Shown: in pieces, positions 58,552 through 64,000 of the stretch
Layout: each line of letters starts with the position of its first letter
Numbering within the stretch: the first letter of the stretch is position 1
Assembly (NCBI GenBank): GCA_023434535.1
Contig: JAEYSR010000207.1
Span: 1,853 to 65,852, forward strand
Direction of reading: 5' to 3'
Source of the DNA: Actinomycetes bacterium
GTDB lineage: Bacteria; Actinomycetota; Acidimicrobiia; Acidimicrobiales; Microtrichaceae
Length of the DNA stretch: 64,000 bases
Notes under the pieces: generated by a model
What the model was told of the DNA's origin: nothing
Databases searched by the model: none
Seen by the model: only the letters and a program-made list of their open reading frames with translations
Position numbers and translations under genes: made by a program

Positions 58552-58657
58552 CGGCGGCAATCTACGCGACCGCCCGCGGCCGCACGTCCAGAAGGGCCGC
58601 CGCCGGGGTGTCGGCGTGCCTCGGGACCGACCGTTCGAGGCCGGTAGGCTGTGCGCC

Positions 58658-61600
58658 GTGAACGACTCTCCCTCCCCGTCCGGAGCGCCTTCCCCGGCCA
58701 GCATCGACCCGGTCGGCCCGGAACCCCTCGGCCCCAACGCCTGGCTCGTCGAGGAGATGTACGAGCAGTACCAGGCCGATCCGGCCTCGGTCAGCGAGAC
58801 CTGGCAGGACTTCTTCGCCGACTACAGCACCCCGGGACGTCCCGCCGCGCCGGCGACGACCGCCCCGGCGGCCGCGCCCACCGCCACGCTCCCTCCGCCC
58901 GCCGCCAACGGCAGCGCATCCACCCCTCCTCCCCCGCCGCCGGCAGCACCCGGTGCGGCACCGACCCCCGCCGCGGCACCGGCTGCGGCGACGACGGGTG
59001 GCGGCGAGACCGCGCCCGAGCCGGGCGATCCCATCCGGGGCGTCGGAGCACGCATCGTCGCGAACATGGAGGCCAGCCTCGCCGTGCCGACGGCGACGTC
59101 GTTCCGCGTGGTCCCGGCCAAGCTGCTCGAGGTCAACCGCAGCGTCATCAACGGCTACCTGGGCCGCACCCGCGGCGGCAAGGTGAGCTTCACCCACATC
59201 ATCGGCTACGCCCTCGTGCGCGCCATCGCCGATCACGTGCCGGCGATGAACAACCACTTCGCCGAGGGTGCCGACGGCAAGCCCCGTCTCGTCCGCGAGG
59301 CGCACGTGGGTCTGGGCCTGGCCGTGGACATGGAGAAGTCCGACGGCTCCCGGTCGCTCGTCGTCCCCGTCATCAAGGACGCCGACACCATGGACTTCGC
59401 GGAGTACTCCGCGGTGTACGACGAGCTGATCCGCAAGGCCAAGACCAACAAGCTCACCGTCGACGACTTCCAGGGTGCGACCGTCACGCTGACGAACCCG
59501 GGGACGATCGGCACCGAGCGGTCGGTCCCCCGCCTCATGCCCGGTCAGGGCACCATCGTCGGCGCCGGGGCGCTCGACTACCCGACCGAGTACGCAGGAG
59601 CCGACCCGCGCACGCTCGCCGAGCTCGGGATCTCCAAGGTCCTGACGCTCAGCTCCACGTACGACCACCGCATCATCCAGGGCGCCGAGTCCGGCCTCTT
59701 CCTCAAGAAGGTGCACCAGCTCCTCCTGGGCGAGGACGGCTTCTACGACGACGTCTTCCGGGCCATCGGGGTCCCCTACGAGGCGGTGCGCTGGCGCCAG
59801 GACGTGGTCGGTGACGAGGGCCGCGAGGCGTCGCAGGTCGTCAAGCAGATGCAGGTCTCGACGCTCATCAACATGTACCGGATGCGCGGCCACCTGATCG
59901 CGGACCTCGACCCGCTGGCGGCCAAGCCGCCCGAGATGCACGCCGAGCTGGATCCGGCCACGTACGGCCTGACCATCTGGGACCTCGACCGCGAGTTCCT
60001 CACCGGCAGCGAGAACGGCATCTACGCCCCGGTCGGCGGCGTGTCCCGCCAGAAGCTCGGCGACCTCCTCCACGTGCTGCGCGACGCGTACTGCCGGACC
60101 ATCGGCATCGAGTACGGCCACATCCAGGAGCCGGCGGAGAAGCGCTGGATCCAGGAGCAGGTGGAGGGCCAGACCTCCCGCCTGGACGTCGACGACCAGC
60201 GCCACATCCTCGGACGGCTCAACGCCGCCGAGGCTCTCGAGAAGTTCCTCGCGACCAAGTACCTGGGCCAGAAGCGGTTCGGGCTCGAAGGTGCCGAGTC
60301 GCTCATCCCGATCCTCGACGCCATTCTCGAGGAGGCGGCCGACAGCGGCATGGACTCCGCGGTGATGGGCATGCCCCACCGCGGCCGCCTCAACGTGCTG
60401 GCCAACATCGTCGGCAAGTCGCTGGACCAGCTGTTCCGTGAGTTCGAGGGCTACGTCGACCCCGACTCCATCCAGGGCTCCGGCGACGTCAAGTACCACC
60501 TCGGCCAGGAGGGCGAGTTCGTCAGCCGCAACGGGGCGGAGCTCCCCGTGCGCCTGGCGGCCAACCCGTCGCACCTGGAGGCTGTCGACCCGGTCGTCGA
60601 GGGCATGGCCCGTGCCCGCATGGACGAGATCCCCCACGACCGGACCCGCCGCTTCCCCGTCCTGCCCATCCTGATGCACGGCGACGCCGCGTTCGCCGGT
60701 CAGGGCGTGGTGGCCGAGACGCTGAACCTGAGCCTCATCAAGGGCTACCGGGTCGGCGGCACGATCCACGTGATCGTCAACAACCAGCTCGGGTTCACGA
60801 CCCCGCCCGAGTCCGCCCGCAGCTCGGAGTACTCCACCGACGTCGCCAAGGTCGTGCAGGCACCGATCATCCACGTCAACGGCGACGACCCCGAGGCGTG
60901 CGTCCGGGTGGCGCGGCTGGCCTTCGCCTACCGGCAGCGGTTCCACAAGGACGTCGTCATCGACATGGTCTGCTACCGGCGCCACGGCCACAACGAGGGC
61001 GACGACCCGAGCTACACGCAGCCGCTCATGTACCGCATGATCGACGGGCTCCGCAGCGTCCGGAAGCGCTACGTCGAGACGCTCGTCCGCCGCGGCGACC
61101 TCACCCTCGACGAGGCCGAGCAGGCGCTGGCCGACTTCCACTCCCGGATGCAGGTGGCCCTCGACGACACCCGCCAGTCCGCCCCCGACGAAGAGGTCGT
61201 CGCGGCGCCGCACCCGCCGAACGTGGGCGTCCTGCCCCACATCCAGACGGGTGTGGCCATGCCCGAGCTCGACCGCGTGTACGCGGCCCTCGAGTCGGTG
61301 CCCGACGGCTTCACCGTCCACCCCAAGCTGGCCAAGCAGCTCGCGAGCCGGACCACGATGTTCCGGGACGGCCAGGTCGACTGGGCGCTGGCGGAGAGCC
61401 TGGCGTTCGGATCCATCCTCCTGGAGGGCAACTCGATCCGCCTGGCGGGCCAGGACTCGCGCCGAGGCACGTTCTCCCAGCGCCACTCCACGCTGTTCGA
61501 CTACGAGACCGGCGCCGAGTACGTGCCGCTGCAGCAGCTGACCTCCCCTCCCGAGACCGAGCTGTGGATCAACGACTCCCTGCTCAGCGAGTACGCCGCG

Positions 61601-62437
61601 CTCGGCTTCGAGTACGGCTACTCGGTCGTGAGCCCGCAGACGCTGGTGATGTGGGAGGCGCAGTTCGGCGACTTCATGAACGGCGCCCAGATCATCATCG
61701 ACCAGTTCATCGTCGCCGCCGAGGACAAGTGGGACCAGACCTCGGGGCTGGTCATGCTGCTGCCGCACGGCTACGAGGGCCAGGGCCCCGAGCACTCCTC
61801 GTCACGACTGGAGCGGTTCCTCACGCTGTGCGCCGAGGACAACATCCAGGTGTGCCAGCCGACCTCGGCGGCGCAGTACTTCCACCTGCTCCGACGCCAG
61901 ATCCGTCGCAGCGTCCGCAAGCCGCTCGTCGTGGCGACTCCCAAGTCGGGGCTCCGCGACAAGCGCTGGCGATCCTCGGTCGACTCGCTCGTCAACGGCA
62001 GCTTCGAGGAGCTCATCGGCGACACGTCGCCGGACCTGGACGCCGCGAAGGTGCGACGCCTCGTGCTGGCGTCCGGCAAGGTCGGCGTCGAGGCCCAGAC
62101 CTGGAGGGACGAGGCCGGGGCGGACGTCGCCGTGGCACGCGTCGAGCAGCTCTACCCCTGGCCGTTCGAGGCGGTCGCCAAGGAGCTGAGCCGCTACCCG
62201 AACTGCACGGAGATCGTCTGGCTGCAGGAGGAGCCCGAGAACATGGGCTCGTGGAACACGATCAAGGGCCGTCTCTACGAGGCCCACGGCGACTCGTACG
62301 AGATCCGCCGGATCAGCCGCCCCGACGAGGCGTCACCGGCGACCGGCAGCCACGCGATCCACAGCCAGGAGCAGAACATGATCCTGGCCGCGGCGTTCGC
62401 GCCGCTGGAGCGCCGCAGCCGCTCCGACTTCCACTGA
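58658..62437 (+). CDS. kgd: Multifunctional 2-oxoglutarate decarboxylase/dehydrogenase (E2-E1 fusion)
   Basis: GPNAWLVEEMY, TYDHRIIQGA, GMPHRGRLN, HGDAAFAGQG, GQDSRRGTFSQRH, EAQFGDF, PHGYEGQGPEHSS. Confidence 0.97.
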   Translation: MNDSPSPSGAPSPASIDPVGPEPLGPNAWLVEEMYEQYQADPASVSETWQDFFADYSTPGRPAAPATTAPAAAPTATLPPPAANGSASTPPPPPPAAPGAAPTPAAAPAAATTGGGETAPEPGDPIRGVGARIVANMEASLAVPTATSFRVVPAKLLEVNRSVINGYLGRTRGGKVSFTHIIGYALVRAIADHVPAMNNHFAEGADGKPRLVREAHVGLGLAVDMEKSDGSRSLVVPVIKDADTMDFAEYSAVYDELIRKAKTNKLTVDDFQGATVTLTNPGTIGTERSVPRLMPGQGTIVGAGALDYPTEYAGADPRTLAELGISKVLTLSSTYDHRIIQGAESGLFLKKVHQLLLGEDGFYDDVFRAIGVPYEAVRWRQDVVGDEGREASQVVKQMQVSTLINMYRMRGHLIADLDPLAAKPPEMHAELDPATYGLTIWDLDREFLTGSENGIYAPVGGVSRQKLGDLLHVLRDAYCRTIGIEYGHIQEPAEKRWIQEQVEGQTSRLDVDDQRHILGRLNAAEALEKFLATKYLGQKRFGLEGAESLIPILDAILEEAADSGMDSAVMGMPHRGRLNVLANIVGKSLDQLFREFEGYVDPDSIQGSGDVKYHLGQEGEFVSRNGAELPVRLAANPSHLEAVDPVVEGMARARMDEIPHDRTRRFPVLPILMHGDAAFAGQGVVAETLNLSLIKGYRVGGTIHVIVNNQLGFTTPPESARSSEYSTDVAKVVQAPIIHVNGDDPEACVRVARLAFAYRQRFHKDVVIDMVCYRRHGHNEGDDPSYTQPLMYRMIDGLRSVRKRYVETLVRRGDLTLDEAEQALADFHSRMQVALDDTRQSAPDEEVVAAPHPPNVGVLPHIQTGVAMPELDRVYAALESVPDGFTVHPKLAKQLASRTTMFRDGQVDWALAESLAFGSILLEGNSIRLAGQDSRRGTFSQRHSTLFDYETGAEYVPLQQLTSPPETELWINDSLLSEYAALGFEYGYSVVSPQTLVMWEAQFGDFMNGAQIIIDQFIVAAEDKWDQTSGLVMLLPHGYEGQGPEHSSSRLERFLTLCAEDNIQVCQPTSAAQYFHLLRRQIRRSVRKPLVVATPKSGLRDKRWRSSVDSLVNGSFEELIGDTSPDLDAAKVRRLVLASGKVGVEAQTWRDEAGADVAVARVEQLYPWPFEAVAKELSRYPNCTEIVWLQEEPENMGSWNTIKGRLYEAHGDSYEIRRISRPDEASPATGSHAIHSQEQNMILAAAFAPLERRSRSDFH

Positions 62438-62444
62438 CGCACGC

Positions 62445-62492
62445 CCTCGGAGCGACGGCTCCTCGGAGCGACGGATCCTCAGAGCGGGAGAC
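62445..62492. repeat. 16-bp tandem repeat (two near-perfect units plus one degenerate) at the kgd/HAD junction
   Basis: CCTCGGAGCGACGGCT CCTCGGAGCGACGGAT CCTCAGAGCGGGAGAC. Confidence 0.7.
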
Positions 62493-63102
62493 CGAGGAGG
62501 GCGCCCAGCTCGTCGAGCGCCGCGTCGGGATCCTCGACCTTGATCGTGGTCATGCCCATGGCGCGCGCCGGCTTCAGGTTCACGCCGAGGTCGTCGAGGA
62601 ACACCGCGTCGGCGGCGTCCACGCCCAGCTGCTCGAGAGCGATCTCGTAGAACCGCGGCTCGGGCTTGCGCACCCCCACCTGGGACGACTCGACCACCAC
62701 GTCGAAGTGCTCGAGGATCGGGCCGAAGCTCCCGCCGCTCGACCAGTCCGGGTTGCCGGTCACGAAGTTGTTCGTCAGGAGCGCCGTCGCGAAGCGCTCG
62801 TGGCAGCGGCGTAGCGCGTCGACCATGCGCGGCCGGATCTCGCCACGCAGGCAGGCGAGGACGGCGTGGCCGTCCACCCGGTGGCCCAACGCCTCCGCCT
62901 CCGCCTCGAAGGCGACCACGAAGCCGTCGAGGTCGAGCTCGTTGCGCTCCAACCTGGCCCAGGCGTTCGTGTCGGGGTCGGTGGCGTTGACGCTGCGGAT
63001 GAAGTCCGTCGGGAGTCCGTTCCTCTTCTCGTACGCCGCGAAGGCGTCGAAGGGGCTGGACAGGATGACGCCGCCGAAGTCGAAGAGGACCGCCGTGATC
63101 AC
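62479..63102 (-). CDS. HAD-IA family phosphatase
   Basis: AVLFDFGGVI, LLTNN, RKPEP, FLDDLGVNLKPARAMGM. Confidence 0.92.
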   Translation of the reverse strand: MITAVLFDFGGVILSSPFDAFAAYEKRNGLPTDFIRSVNATDPDTNAWARLERNELDLDGFVVAFEAEAEALGHRVDGHAVLACLRGEIRPRMVDALRRCHERFATALLTNNFVTGNPDWSSGGSFGPILEHFDVVVESSQVGVRKPEPRFYEIALEQLGVDAADAVFLDDLGVNLKPARAMGMTTIKVEDPDAALDELGALLGLPL

Positions 63103-63288
63103 GGACCCATCGTAGGAGGGTCGACAACATCTGCGAGTTGCACATGTCGGGACGGCCACGCCGTCGAGCACGGGACCGACATATGCGCACCGCATGTACT
63201 TCGTCGTCGATCGGGCTGAAGATATCTCGAGTTCGTTCGTGCCGGATGCGCCGTTCCGCGCGGTTTTGCTGCTTCACTAAGCAACGAC

Positions 63289-64000
63289 ATGTCACCAACT
63301 CATCTCGTCGTCGACGGGTCGAACATCGCAACCGAAGGACGGACCGCGCCCTCGCTCGCGCAGCTCAACGAAGCCGTGATCGAGTTCGTCAAGGAACACC
63401 CCTTCGACAACGTGGTGGTCATCGTCGACGCCACCTTCCCCAACCGGATCGACGACTCCGAGCGCGCCGAGTACGAGGCCGCGCTGATCGCCGGCGAGCT
63501 GCTCACCCCACCGGCCGGCGCCGTCGGACGCGGCGACGCGTTCGTGCTGCAGATCGCGGATCGCACCGGAGCGACGATCCTGTCCAACGACTCCTTCCAG
63601 GAGTTCCACGCGTCGTACTCGTGGTTGTTCGAGGACGACCGACTCTGGGGCGGCAAGCCGGTCCCCGGAGTCGGATGGGTCTTCGTCCCGCGGGTCCCGG
63701 TCAAGGGGGCGGTCAGCCGCCGCTCCTTCCGTGACGCGAAGAAGAAGTCCGAAGGTGCGACGGACGCGCCCGCGACCGAGAGCACCCGTCGACGTCGATC
63801 GACCCGCGCCAAGGACGATGCTCCGAGCTCGCAGCAGGCGGAGTCGTCGGCGACGTCGAGTCAACGGCGTCGGCGGCGTGGACGCGGATCGGCGGACAGC
63901 GACTCGACCCCGCCCGCCCCGCCCGCCGCTCCCCGTGAGCGCAAGCGTCCGGCCGGCGAGCCGATCAACACGCCCCCGGTCTTCCTCAACTTCGTGACGA
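63289..64000 (+). CDS. NYN/PIN-domain (Zc3h12a/Regnase-like) ribonuclease, 5' part (runs off window)
   Basis: Manual translation MSPTHLVVDGSNIATEG...VIVDATF...GRGDAFVLQIA...ILSNDSFQEF; frame open to window end with an Arg/Ser-rich linker. Confidence 0.85.
   Translation, partial: MSPTHLVVDGSNIATEGRTAPSLAQLNEAVIEFVKEHPFDNVVVIVDATFPNRIDDSERAEYEAALIAGELLTPPAGAVGRGDAFVLQIADRTGATILSNDSFQEFHASYSWLFEDDRLWGGKPVPGVGWVFVPRVPVKGAVSRRSFRDAKKKSEGATDAPATESTRRRRSTRAKDDAPSSQQAESSATSSQRRRRRGRGSADSDSTPPAPPAAPRERKRPAGEPINTPPVFLNFVT

Noticed and set aside
58562..61795. 1077-aa - strand ORF
   Set aside because: Antisense shadow of kgd

Overview
Very GC-rich actinobacterial chromosome segment. Gene content and order suggest class Acidimicrobiia (inference). 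It is mostly core genome: dxr-cdsA-frr-pyrH-tsf-rpsB, M23-whiG-xerC-dprA-comM-yraN, rplS-trmD-rimM-khpA-rpsP-ffh, ftsY, smc-mutM-rnc-acp-rpmF-yceD-coaD-rsmD-recG-DAK2-rpmB, pckG, galT/galK/nagA, uvrD2, xth and kgd. Small accessory blocks are interleaved: LysR/TauE, a CocE hydrolase, dsbA-phnW-phnX-like-TMEM175, MoxR-DUF58-VWA and several ORFans. I saw no rRNA, tRNA, CRISPR array, transposase or prophage. The most unusual signal is a dispersed family of five intergenic 47-48 bp palindromes. They share fixed length and CTCTGT...ACAGAG ends (ACACAG in one) but have three different interiors, resembling REP elements with no cognate transposase in the window. Other notable points: (i) a truncated, motif-degenerate DAK2/FakA homologue ending next to one palindrome, plus no plsX between rpmF and acp and a non-canonical ACP motif; (ii) a MutM/Fpg that has lost three of four Zn-finger cysteines and several conserved motifs; (iii) pervasive leaderless promoter geometry; (iv) a Regnase/Zc3h12a-like NYN RNase at the right edge. 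All calls come from reading the sequence and recalled family motifs; no searches were run, and several start codons are best estimates.
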